IMG/VR virus record: IMGVR_UViG_3300030376_007244
Length of the DNA: 59,140 bases
Direction: 5' to 3' (one strand)
Source of the DNA: an uncultured virus (IMG/VR IMGVR_UViG_3300030376_007244)
Lineage: Duplodnaviria > Heunggongvirae > Uroviricota > Caudoviricetes
The notes under the pieces: generated by a model
Seen by the model: the letters and a program-made list of their open reading frames with translations, nothing else
Database searches by the model: none
What the model was told of the DNA's origin: nothing
Made by a program: the position numbers and the translations under genes
Shown here: piece by piece, positions 8,663 through 16,965 of the stretch
Position numbering within the stretch: position 1 is the first letter of the stretch
Layout: each line of letters starts with the position of its first letter

Positions 8663-8673
8663 TCAATCCTCCC
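8646..8673. terminator. Hairpin between convergent genes
   Basis: GGGAGGA...TCCTCCC inverted repeat at the junction of 8381-8662(+) and 8679-9014(-). Confidence 0.45.
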
Positions 8674-8678
8674 ATTCT

Positions 8679-9014
8679 TTATCTACCAAATGCTATAGGA
8701 AGTCTATATCGTACTCGTACTGGAATGCCATTCTGATGAGCAGGAATATATTTCGTACCCTTAACTTTGTCAAGAATGACAGCATTGTAACTAATATCGA
8801 AAGTGTCTATCACGACAGCATCTTCAACGTCGCCATTTTTATTAACGATAAAATCAACAGTTACGGTACCGCTTGTGTAATAGTGGTAAGTGGATGGTAA
8901 GTCTGATGTGGTTAATTCGAATGGTTTCTTTGGTATGGGTGGATGGCTTCCTTCTTCGGAAGGAACTTGAGCAGCCACCAAGCTCAGTAACAAATAACCT
9001 AATATTGTCCTCAT
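8679..9014 (-). CDS. Stand-alone TonB C-terminal domain protein with signal peptide
   Basis: 'GTVTVDFIVNKNGDVEDAVV...KYIPAHQNGIPVRVRYRLPIAF' is the TonB_C pattern; short Pro-rich linker; SD GGAG. Confidence 0.8.
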   Translation of the reverse strand: MRTILGYLLLSLVAAQVPSEEGSHPPIPKKPFELTTSDLPSTYHYYTSGTVTVDFIVNKNGDVEDAVVIDTFDISYNAVILDKVKGTKYIPAHQNGIPVRVRYRLPIAFGR

Positions 9015-9098
9015 TTTGTTTCTCCGGTTTAAGGTGTGTTAGTCATGACTAATTACTTTCAATTCATTTTCAAAGCTTAATATATTAAAGGATATTAA

Positions 9099-9452
9099 AT
9101 GAAAAAACTAAATTTATCAGTAATTCACATACTAATTGTTACGTTAGTACTATTATATGAGTTTATCAAAGGTCAAACTCCAATAGAAATAGTACCGTAT
9201 AGATTGGTACCAAGTGGAGATGTGTATTGCCAAATATCGATAGAGATCGTAGAACCGGTTTCATTCAAAGAATTACCAGACATATACAAATCTGAAATTA
9301 AAGAAATAATGTGGGACAGAGTAGTATATGAACAAACTAGTCCATTCGCAATAAACGAACCATTTAATGTGGACGACAAATATTATCAATTAGTAAGGAT
9401 TCCAAACAATGGAGATCGATGGTATCAGGGTCCATGGAATCACAGAGAATAA
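9099..9452 (+). CDS. Secreted or membrane-anchored hypothetical protein
   Basis: N-terminal hydrophobic segment; SD AAGGA. Confidence 0.6.
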   Translation: MKKLNLSVIHILIVTLVLLYEFIKGQTPIEIVPYRLVPSGDVYCQISIEIVEPVSFKELPDIYKSEIKEIMWDRVVYEQTSPFAINEPFNVDDKYYQLVRIPNNGDRWYQGPWNHRE

Positions 9453-9473
9453 CCAACATAGGAGAAAAAATAA

Positions 9474-9962
9474 ATGTCTGTAAAAGATAAAATAGCAATC
9501 TTCGACTTAGACGGAACATTAGCTAACACAGATGAACGTATGAAGTTAGCAACATCTAATAAGACTAGAGAGGCCGACTATAATAAAATAGATTGGGGAG
9601 TATTACACGATCCAAAGAATATAAAATTAGATGTTCCAAATATTCCAGTTGTGACTATGTGTAAACTGTTATATGACAGTGGAGCATCAATCTATATTTT
9701 CAGTGGAAGATCAGACAGAACAAAGTTAGCAACTAAACTATGGTTAGATGAACATGACATCAAATATCATAAACTAGTTATGAGACCCTCAAATAAGAAG
9801 GAACTCTACATTTCTGATCAAGTCTTAAAGAAGAACATGTTAGATGATCACTGTGCAGATTTAAGCAAAGTTTTAGGTGTGTTTGACGATAGACAGAAAG
9901 TGGTGGATATGTGGAGAGAGAATGGTTTGACATGCTTTCAAGTGGACTATGGAGATTTCTAA
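9474..9962 (+). CDS. HAD-family phosphatase (PNKP/PseT 3'-phosphatase-like)
   Basis: 'IFDLDGTLA...FSGRS...LVMRP...DQVLK...VFDDRQKVVDMWR...GLTCFQV..GDF'. Confidence 0.9.
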   Translation: MSVKDKIAIFDLDGTLANTDERMKLATSNKTREADYNKIDWGVLHDPKNIKLDVPNIPVVTMCKLLYDSGASIYIFSGRSDRTKLATKLWLDEHDIKYHKLVMRPSNKKELYISDQVLKKNMLDDHCADLSKVLGVFDDRQKVVDMWRENGLTCFQVDYGDF

Positions 9963-10112
9963 TTGTTATCTCGAGAGTTTTTGATTGAACGAGGATTCTG
10001 TTGTGGTCACGGATGTTTAATGTGTCCTTATGATCCAAAACATACGGAAGGAAATAAAGTCTTAAAAAAACGAAAAAAAGTGAAAAAAAGTGAAAAAAAG
10101 CATGTACATTAA
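9963..10112 (+). CDS. Small Cys-cluster protein (RGxCCGxGCxxCPY, DUF5522-like)
   Basis: Manual translation from TTG: LSREFLIERGFCCGHGCLMCPYDPKH...; SD GGAG at 9951. Confidence 0.6.
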   Translation: MLSREFLIERGFCCGHGCLMCPYDPKHTEGNKVLKKRKKVKKSEKKHVH

Positions 10113-10135
10113 CCGGTTTTGTTTAGTAGATTCTA
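10096..10135 (+). promoter_or_regulatory. Putative early promoter, copy 3
   Basis: TGTACA-N18-TAGATT preceded by four A7 tracts at about 10-bp phase. Confidence 0.75.
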
Positions 10136-10159
10136 TCATAATATAAAAGAGGTTACTAA

Positions 10160-12199
10160 ATGACAAGAATAAATCAAAACTCAAACTATTGGATCGGCAA
10201 CATGACAGGAAGTGTCGATGCTTGGTGGAGAGAAGATGATGATCAACCAAAAAAGAAAGGTAAAGATGTTATCGCTCTTGCTGGTTATCGTAAAGCTATT
10301 TCTAACTATGTCAATATTGTTACTGGTCGTAGCGACATAAGAGTTAAATTTGCTGGTAATGACAGTTTCACTGATGGTAAGACTGTTACCTTAGCTGCTA
10401 ACCTTAACGATAAGAATTTTGATCCTTCAGTTGGATTGGCTCTTCATGAAGGTAGTCATATTGTACACAGTAATTTCGAGTTCTTAAAAGATCTTAAGCA
10501 GCACATTGCTAAAAGATTTGATATAGATTATGGTGGATTGCCATATGGATCTCAAGAGCAACAAGACTTTCATGAAATGGTTCCAAGAATCAAAGCTCTT
10601 CTTAACTATGTTGAAGACAGACGTATCGATTATAAGACTTTCAAATCAGCCCCAGGGTATAAGAATTACTATCACTCAATGTATGATAAGTATTTCAATT
10701 TTAGAGCTATCAATAAAGGTCTTAAGTCTAAAGACTATCGTGATCCAAGTGAGTATGATCATTATGAATTTCGTATCATTAACTTCACTAACCCAAACAC
10801 AGACTTAGATGCTCTTCCTGGACTAAGATTTATTTATAACACAATCAATCTTAAAAACATCTCAAGATTAACCTCTACTGAAGATGCTTTTAATGTTGCT
10901 GCTGACGTATACGAAATCATCATGATGCATATGACTCAGAAGCAAGAAGATGTAACCTCAGAAGATGCTGAATCAACCATCGACGAAAATGGAGCTGAAA
11001 GTGCTTCAGATTCAGCATCTTCAAATGAAGGTACTACAGTTGATACAGGTGATACTCCAATGGAAGCTGAAGAAGGTGAAGAAGGTGACTCAACTCAAGA
11101 AAACGAGCTTAGTGCATCAGAGCATGCTACAATTGATAAAGCCATTCAAAAGCAAAAAGACTTCACTGAAGGTAAACTTAAAAAGTCTAAGCTATCTAAG
11201 AAAGATCAGAAGCAAGTTGAATCTGTTGAAAAGTCAGGTGCTTATCATAAAGAAGTAAAGGTAAAAGATTCAGATAGATGGGGAAATAAGGTCGATTCTA
11301 AAGTCAAAGTTATTGTAGTTCCAAAACTTAGTGACGCTTTATTAGAAGATGCTAAAAGCTACAGACATGAATCATTAGGATATGCTCTTATGACAAGCGG
11401 AAGATATAATAATCTTGAAGGTCCAGTTAGTCAAGGTATCACACTTGGTAAGAAGCTTGGTAAGAAGTTACAGATTCGTAACGAAGAACGTACTACTAAG
11501 TGGACAAGACAAGAATCTGGTCGTATTGACAAGAGATTAATTGCTGAGTTAGGTTTTGATAATGGTAACGTATTCTCACATTCATTCACTACAAAATACA
11601 ATGATGCTTATCTTCATATCTCAGTCGATGCGAGTGGATCTATGAGCGGTGACTATTTCGAAAGTGCTATCAAGAGTGCAGCTGCTATCGCAACTGCTGC
11701 CGATATGGTTGGTAACATTCATGTACAAGTTACAGTAAGAACAACAATGAATACTTCACATGATCCACTATTAGCTGTAGTATACGATTCTAAAGTTAAC
11801 AAGATCGTACACATCAAGAAATTTTGGAAGTACTTAGATGCTAAAGGTACTACTCCTGAAGGTTTATGTTTTGCAGCTATTGAAAAGCAAATCTTATCAG
11901 ATTCAAACGGTAGAGATGCATTCTTTCTAAATTTATCAGATGGAATGCCATACTTCGGTAACGCTGATGTCGATTACTGTGGATCAACTGCAATTAATCA
12001 TACTAGGAACGAAGTAGAAAAGCTTAGAAAGTCAGGAATCAATGTTCTTTCATTCTTTATTGCAAGAGAAGACGGATACAGAAGAGAATCAACAATAGAA
12101 GACTTCAAGAAAATGTATGGACAAGATGCATCATTCATAGATCCTACAAATCTTACGAGCTTAGCGAAAGTTCTAAACAATAAATTCTTACAAAACTAA
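10160..12199 (+). CDS. VWA-domain protein with N-terminal HExxH metallopeptidase-like domain (CobT-like MoxR partner)
   Basis: 'LALHEGSH...LNYVEDRRI', acidic linker, MIDAS 'VDASGSM...TPEG...LSDGMP'. Confidence 0.85.
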   Translation: MTRINQNSNYWIGNMTGSVDAWWREDDDQPKKKGKDVIALAGYRKAISNYVNIVTGRSDIRVKFAGNDSFTDGKTVTLAANLNDKNFDPSVGLALHEGSHIVHSNFEFLKDLKQHIAKRFDIDYGGLPYGSQEQQDFHEMVPRIKALLNYVEDRRIDYKTFKSAPGYKNYYHSMYDKYFNFRAINKGLKSKDYRDPSEYDHYEFRIINFTNPNTDLDALPGLRFIYNTINLKNISRLTSTEDAFNVAADVYEIIMMHMTQKQEDVTSEDAESTIDENGAESASDSASSNEGTTVDTGDTPMEAEEGEEGDSTQENELSASEHATIDKAIQKQKDFTEGKLKKSKLSKKDQKQVESVEKSGAYHKEVKVKDSDRWGNKVDSKVKVIVVPKLSDALLEDAKSYRHESLGYALMTSGRYNNLEGPVSQGITLGKKLGKKLQIRNEERTTKWTRQESGRIDKRLIAELGFDNGNVFSHSFTTKYNDAYLHISVDASGSMSGDYFESAIKSAAAIATAADMVGNIHVQVTVRTTMNTSHDPLLAVVYDSKVNKIVHIKKFWKYLDAKGTTPEGLCFAAIEKQILSDSNGRDAFFLNLSDGMPYFGNADVDYCGSTAINHTRNEVEKLRKSGINVLSFFIAREDGYRRESTIEDFKKMYGQDASFIDPTNLTSLAKVLNNKFLQN

Positions 12200-12236
12200 T
12201 ATTTATGTAAGATTATAACAACAACGCGGAAGACTC

Positions 12237-12518
12237 ATGAATTCTAAAGATAAGCAAGATCTCGAACTAGTACATTATAGATTAGACGAATTAGATAAGA
12301 AGATGGATCAGATGAGACACGATATGTCAATGGCACACGGTAAGACTGATGCAACGTTAAGTTTTATAAAAGAGAACTTATTTAACCCAAACGATGGCTT
12401 ATGGGCAGAGACAAAACAAAACTCGCAATTCAGAGAAAATTCACAAAAGTGGAGAGGTGTTATTGGTATGGGTTTTGTGGCTCTAATAATCGATAAGGTT
12501 TGGGAGATGTTAAATTAA
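12237..12518 (+). CDS. Coiled-coil protein with C-terminal TM helix
   Basis: ORF track; ATATTTAT motif upstream. Confidence 0.65.
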   Translation: MNSKDKQDLELVHYRLDELDKKMDQMRHDMSMAHGKTDATLSFIKENLFNPNDGLWAETKQNSQFRENSQKWRGVIGMGFVALIIDKVWEMLN

Positions 12519-12553
12519 AACAAGTTATTTAAAAGGTTATAAGGAGTAATCAA

Positions 12554-12811
12554 ATGGCAATTAAAGTAGTAGCAGAACGTCATCCACCAGGGGATAGATG
12601 GGTTCTAACAGAAGATACATTAGGTGGTAAGGAATCAATCGTACAACCTTCATTAACAGCAGCACTCAACGAGATATACATGACGACGGGCGATAAGGTT
12701 TTCACGGTCGACGCCGCGAAGGGCAAGATAACGGTCGACGAGGAAATCCAACACGGTCCGCGAGTGTGGGACTTGTACGGAGAGCACAGCAAAGATCTAT
12801 TAACAGGATAA
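12554..12811 (+). CDS. Hypothetical protein
   Basis: SD AAGGAG; ORF track. Confidence 0.7.
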   Translation: MAIKVVAERHPPGDRWVLTEDTLGGKESIVQPSLTAALNEIYMTTGDKVFTVDAAKGKITVDEEIQHGPRVWDLYGEHSKDLLTG

Positions 12812-12948
12812 CAGCGTGCGCATTCTATTTCAACTACCCGGTTCCCGTGGACGAAAGATACGATGGGATCGCGTACAAGAGTGGGTAGTATTAATGTACG
12901 AGAACAGAGACCACTTAACCACATTACAGTTAGCGAAAGGATAATCAT

Positions 12949-13173
12949 ATGCAGAACATATCACAACAAGGAACACCATTACAGATAGACCCAAATACAC
13001 TCGAAGACGTAGGATGTAAGGAGTGTGGATGCCTCTTATTCGATACAGCCGTTAAAATGAAAAGAATATCCGCTATACAGAGCCCAACGGGTAAAAGCGA
13101 ATTAATTCAAATTCAAGTAAACGTATGTAGGGATTGCGGAACAGAGGTAAATCCAAATGAACTATCGCAGTAA
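12949..13173 (+). CDS. Small Zn-ribbon protein
   Basis: CKECG...CRDCG; SD AAGGA. Confidence 0.7.
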   Translation: MQNISQQGTPLQIDPNTLEDVGCKECGCLLFDTAVKMKRISAIQSPTGKSELIQIQVNVCRDCGTEVNPNELSQ

Positions 13174-13303
13174 AGAGGGACTATGGATTATAGGTCTAAC
13201 GGTAATAACGGTTCCATGGCTGTGGATGGCCTGGCAGTTACTGTTTTGGGTACACGTAATCGGGTTCATAGGGGTCATAGTGTACTCGATATATAAGGGC
13301 TAA
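13157..13303 (+). CDS. Small membrane peptide (48 aa)
   Basis: Manual translation MNYRSKEGLWIIGLTVITVPWLWMAWQLLFWVHVIGFIGVIVYSIYKG; SD GAGG. Confidence 0.5.
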   Translation: MNYRSKEGLWIIGLTVITVPWLWMAWQLLFWVHVIGFIGVIVYSIYKG

Positions 13304-13341
13304 GAGTCTAAGATATAAGGGTTATAGAGTACTAGAGATAA
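13272..13341. repeat. Three imperfect 22-25 bp tandem repeats
   Basis: GGGTCATAGTGTACTCGATATATAA / GGGCTAAGAGTCTAAGATATAA / GGGTTATAGAGTACTAGAGATAA. Confidence 0.5.
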
Positions 13342-13516
13342 GAGAGTTTGTCGCACCCAACGTAGATACGGAGCCGATATAGGTATGCTGGTCTTTGTGA
13401 AAAATATAGGTTGATCGATACTTATTCATAAGAAAATCTATGATCCAGGAGAGTATGGTGAGTAAGCTCGCGTTCGTTCAGAGAAAAAATTTTTAAGCCA
13501 GGGTGTCATATATAAT

Positions 13517-13876
13517 ATGCCAAAATATCTTACAAAAAAAGAAGCAGCAGCTATGTTGCACATGACTGAGAGTACCATAGACGGGTACAGAAGAAAAGGT
13601 GTCCTTCCCTATATAAAGATGGGAGTCCGCAGTAACAGTAAGGTACTATTCGACGAGCAGGATCTGATAGACTTTATGGAGCGGCGTAAGGTTAACACAC
13701 ATCTCCGTAAGCATGGTGACGGTATAGTGTATAACTCAGGCTTTAAACCCGGGGGTGGTGTGGTTACTGGCAGTATGGAGACCCGCGGCGTACCTGATAC
13801 CTACTACGACAAACCTGATGAAGAAGAGTACTCCGACACCCGAGACTTTTCAGATATGCCTCCCGATATTTATTAA
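13517..13876 (+). CDS. Excisionase-like winged HTH (HTH_17-type) DNA-binding protein
   Basis: 'YLTKKEAAAMLHMTESTIDGYRRKGVLPYIKMG...VLFDEQDLIDFM'. Confidence 0.8.
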   Translation: MPKYLTKKEAAAMLHMTESTIDGYRRKGVLPYIKMGVRSNSKVLFDEQDLIDFMERRKVNTHLRKHGDGIVYNSGFKPGGGVVTGSMETRGVPDTYYDKPDEEEYSDTRDFSDMPPDIY

Positions 13877-13897
13877 ATTATTTTAAAAAAAGTGAAA

Positions 13898-13937
13898 AAA
13901 AGCATGTACTCGTATGCCGGTTTACGTGTAGATTCTA
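13898..13937 (+). promoter_or_regulatory. Putative early promoter, copy 4 (TGTACT-N18-TAGATT)
   Basis: Conserved motif plus AAGAGGTTAC leader. Confidence 0.75.
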
Positions 13938-13960
13938 GTATAACAAATAAGAGGTTACCA

Positions 13961-15118
13961 ATGAACTCAAACAATAATGAAGTAATAGTAAAAATCGAAA
14001 CTGTCGGCAGTCGCACCAGAGCAGTATGTCAAAATGGCACTGACTACTCTAACGAGATGCCGTCATATAAACGCAAACAGATCTTAGCCGATACTGGATT
14101 TGCAGTACGTAAGACTGGTAGCACTGGTCGCGTATTTTGGAGACCGGCTACTAAATCTGAATGGGACAGTCAAGCTGTTGTAGTCACTGTCACTGACGAT
14201 GTAAGCGAAGATCATAATGACATATTGTCATATATACACTCTTCTTATTCACTTAAGCCAGATAGTCTTATAATGAATGAGGTAAAGTGGAAGTACTTAG
14301 TAAGATCTGCTATGCGAGGCAAGAATATTATGATGACTGGTCCCGCCGGGTGTGGTAAGACTATGGCTGCAAAATGCTTAGTCAAATCCCTCGACAGACC
14401 TGAATTCTATTTTAATCTAGGATCTACACAGGATCCACGTGCTACTCTTATCGGTAACACCCACTACAACAAAGACAAAGGTACATATTTCTCAGAGGCT
14501 CTGTTTGTCAAAGCTATACAGACTGAGAACGCCGTCATCCTACTAGACGAGCTATCAAGGGCACACCCTGAAGCTTGGAACATCCTAATGACCGTGTTAG
14601 ACGAAGGACAAAGATACCTTCGGTTGGATGAGGCTGACGGACAAGCTACAATTAAGGTAGCAAAGGGAGTTACTTTTATCGCAACTGCCAATATAGGTAA
14701 CGAGTACACAGCAACAAGAGTTCTTGACAGAGCTCTATTGGATAGGTTCACTCAGATAGAGATGGACGTGTTGAACAAAGAACAAGAGGAAGTACTACTT
14801 GGTGGACTCTACCAGAATGTCAAGGAAGAGTTAATAAGTAACGTCGCAGAACTAGCTTTCATAACTAGAACAGAGTCTAGTTCGGAAGAAGGCAGACTGT
14901 CAACCCATATAAGCACAAGGGCAACAGTCGAAATAGCAAGCCTACTGTACGACGGGTTTACCCTATCTGAGGCAGCAGAGGTAGCCGTACTTCCCAAGTT
15001 CGACGCAGCTGGAGGAGTCGAGTCAGAGAGAACCTTTGTCAAGCAGTTACTGCAAAAGTACACTGACGACGGGTCATCCGACGAGTTATTTGAAGACGTA
15101 GCTGGAGACGAGATATAA
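13961..15118 (+). CDS. MoxR/CobS-family AAA+ ATPase
   Basis: Walker A GPAGCGKT, Walker B ILLDELSR, 'FIATAN...LDRALLDRF', 'ISTR'. Start moved to ATG 13961 after the RBS. Confidence 0.9.
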   Translation: MNSNNNEVIVKIETVGSRTRAVCQNGTDYSNEMPSYKRKQILADTGFAVRKTGSTGRVFWRPATKSEWDSQAVVVTVTDDVSEDHNDILSYIHSSYSLKPDSLIMNEVKWKYLVRSAMRGKNIMMTGPAGCGKTMAAKCLVKSLDRPEFYFNLGSTQDPRATLIGNTHYNKDKGTYFSEALFVKAIQTENAVILLDELSRAHPEAWNILMTVLDEGQRYLRLDEADGQATIKVAKGVTFIATANIGNEYTATRVLDRALLDRFTQIEMDVLNKEQEEVLLGGLYQNVKEELISNVAELAFITRTESSSEEGRLSTHISTRATVEIASLLYDGFTLSEAAEVAVLPKFDAAGGVESERTFVKQLLQKYTDDGSSDELFEDVAGDEI

Positions 15119-15315
15119 GTGAGACTGGTAACCTCAACTGAAAGGAAAGGCGGGTCTTCATGGCCCGCTGGACCAAAGCCTGGCGGAAATCGGAATCGAA
15201 TTGCTTTTTTTATACGTGCACAAGCCTATTTTACCACCACGATGATTTTATTACCCCAGGTTGAGTATATACACCCTATCATATAATATGATAAGAAAGA
15301 ACTAAAGGAGCCAAC

Positions 15316-15828
15316 ATGCATAACTTATACAACACCGAAGATCTTTGGGCAAGACGTAACCCCAATAGGGTAAAGAAGGGAGCCCCCGGATACGTGGACA
15401 TGAAACTATCTAAACTGCTTTGTCTTAGGATCATGAGCTGGGCCGAGATGGCCAAGTCGGACAAGACCGGTCAGCAGCACATACACTCGGACGAATTCAA
15501 AGAAGATCTGCACTCGGCTGTGGTGTTTGATAACTACGAGCACTCTAGAACCGGAATCAGTAAGGCTGAAAAGCTGCAGATGAACTGGCTGTGGAAGAAG
15601 TACTCCATATACGGTAGACTTGAATCCGCTAGGTACCTCATATCTCAGGACAAGTTGGATCAGCTTAAACTGGATTACTGGGGTCGGACGGGCGAGAAGA
15701 ACCTAAAGATTAACGCTATCAAGGATTATCGTAACTGGTGTCATGAGCGGTTAGGTTGTCCTATAAAGCTTAAGCAGGCCAAGGATGATGTTGATGTTTG
15801 GTGGGATAGGTGGCACCGTGAAAAATAA
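15316..15828 (+). CDS. Hypothetical protein with C-terminal ribosomal L7/L12-CTD-like motif
   Basis: 'KINAIKDYR...LGCPIKLKQAKDDVD' matches KIxAIKxxR...LKxAKxxV; SD AAGGAG. Confidence 0.55.
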   Translation: MHNLYNTEDLWARRNPNRVKKGAPGYVDMKLSKLLCLRIMSWAEMAKSDKTGQQHIHSDEFKEDLHSAVVFDNYEHSRTGISKAEKLQMNWLWKKYSIYGRLESARYLISQDKLDQLKLDYWGRTGEKNLKINAIKDYRNWCHERLGCPIKLKQAKDDVDVWWDRWHREK

Positions 15829-15883
15829 ACTGCATTTTGAGCATTTAAATTAATATATATAATAAACAGAGAAAGAGGTTTCT

Positions 15884-16861
15884 ATGTCAAAGGTTATAAC
15901 AAGTCCCGCTACTAACATACCCCTACATGAGAAGTCCCACGTAAGGGGCTGGTCTCTAACATGGGCTGATCGTTTGAACGCGGAGATCAACGAACGCTGT
16001 ACTGAATCAATTATGCAATACGAAAGGGTGTACCTTGACCACGGTGTAAACTGGTCCGGTGCCCTAAACCTGTTTTCCGGGGCCGACGATTCCGTTTTCG
16101 AACGGTTCAATCGGTTGCTTGCCGTCGGTGCGGGTAAGGTAACGAGTCTCGACTGGGAAATGCCTGATTACGGTGCATTCTTGGCTAAGAGGTTAAACGC
16201 TGCAAGTACAAGCAAACAGATTACTGCCGAATGGTGCGAAGCTGTATCTCGCTTCTGTAAGGAAGTAGAGCATATTAAGTTTGATAGTATTGATCATTCG
16301 TGGTTAAGTTGGGGAGATTCGCATACTCCTGCTTTTGCTCCTAACGGCCACAAGAACGCTGTTCTAAAAAAGGATGGTCGTACGCTTTACGGAGTATTGA
16401 AGGAGAGGATGCTCGACGATATCGAAGTAAAACCCGATGTTAAGGGTGTAACCATATGTTTGGGAAGTATCGATGTACGTCATCACCTCTGTCGGCCCGA
16501 GTCTGCTGATCTCGATAAGTTACTGCAAGAGTATAGAAACCAGGCGGTCCGTTTTCGGGACCGTATCGGCGTGACCGTCGAACTGTGTGCCCCGGTGCCC
16601 GTTGAATTTGAGTCGCGTAAGATTCCCAAGACAGGATACTTTAAGAATACACCTTTCTTTGGAACCAGGGAAGAGAGACTAAATAAGACGGTTCAGATCA
16701 TGAGCACAATAAAGAGTTGGGACTTTCCGTTAGTTGCTCCACCCAGTTTACGATACACTATGGATGGGGAAGATTACGCTAAACAGTATATGGAACTAGG
16801 TGGTTCAGTACATACTGCTCCGCCGTTCTACAGGAGAAATTCAGAATGGGTGACTTTATAA
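15884..16861 (+). CDS. Putative nucleotide-modification-associated protein with C-terminal SGNH-like domain
   Basis: 'WGDSHT...LGSIDVRHH...GGSVH' resembles SGNH blocks; first gene of the PLP/ThyX operon. Confidence 0.5.
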   Translation: MSKVITSPATNIPLHEKSHVRGWSLTWADRLNAEINERCTESIMQYERVYLDHGVNWSGALNLFSGADDSVFERFNRLLAVGAGKVTSLDWEMPDYGAFLAKRLNAASTSKQITAEWCEAVSRFCKEVEHIKFDSIDHSWLSWGDSHTPAFAPNGHKNAVLKKDGRTLYGVLKERMLDDIEVKPDVKGVTICLGSIDVRHHLCRPESADLDKLLQEYRNQAVRFRDRIGVTVELCAPVPVEFESRKIPKTGYFKNTPFFGTREERLNKTVQIMSTIKSWDFPLVAPPSLRYTMDGEDYAKQYMELGGSVHTAPPFYRRNSEWVTL

Positions 16862-16965
16862 TGTGGGTAGATTACATTGCCAGTCCAAGTCAGTTTGCTG
16901 GCTTGTTTGTATTTTGTACTGCGATGATGGCCTTAATAGAAGATATTCATAGGAGACATAAGTAA
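16861..16965 (+). CDS. Small membrane peptide (34 aa)
   Basis: MWVDYIASPSQFAGLFVFCTAMMALIEDIHRRHK; TAATG overlaps at both ends. Confidence 0.55.
   Translation: MWVDYIASPSQFAGLFVFCTAMMALIEDIHRRHK

Noticed and set aside
12812..12948. Possible structured ncRNA (ACTACCC/GGGTAGT with an inner stem)
   Set aside because: Pairing is modest, and a plausible 42-aa GTG-start ORF with an SD spans the same interval; cannot be resolved without covariation data.
13517..13876. Excisionase as evidence of a prophage or integrative element
   Set aside because: No integrase, att duplication or host flank in the window; this HTH family has many roles.
15119..15315. GC hairpin GCGGGTC-TTCAT-GGCCCGC and nearby sequence as tRNA or riboswitch
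   Set aside because: No cloverleaf or recognisable aptamer; at most a terminator or processing hairpin.
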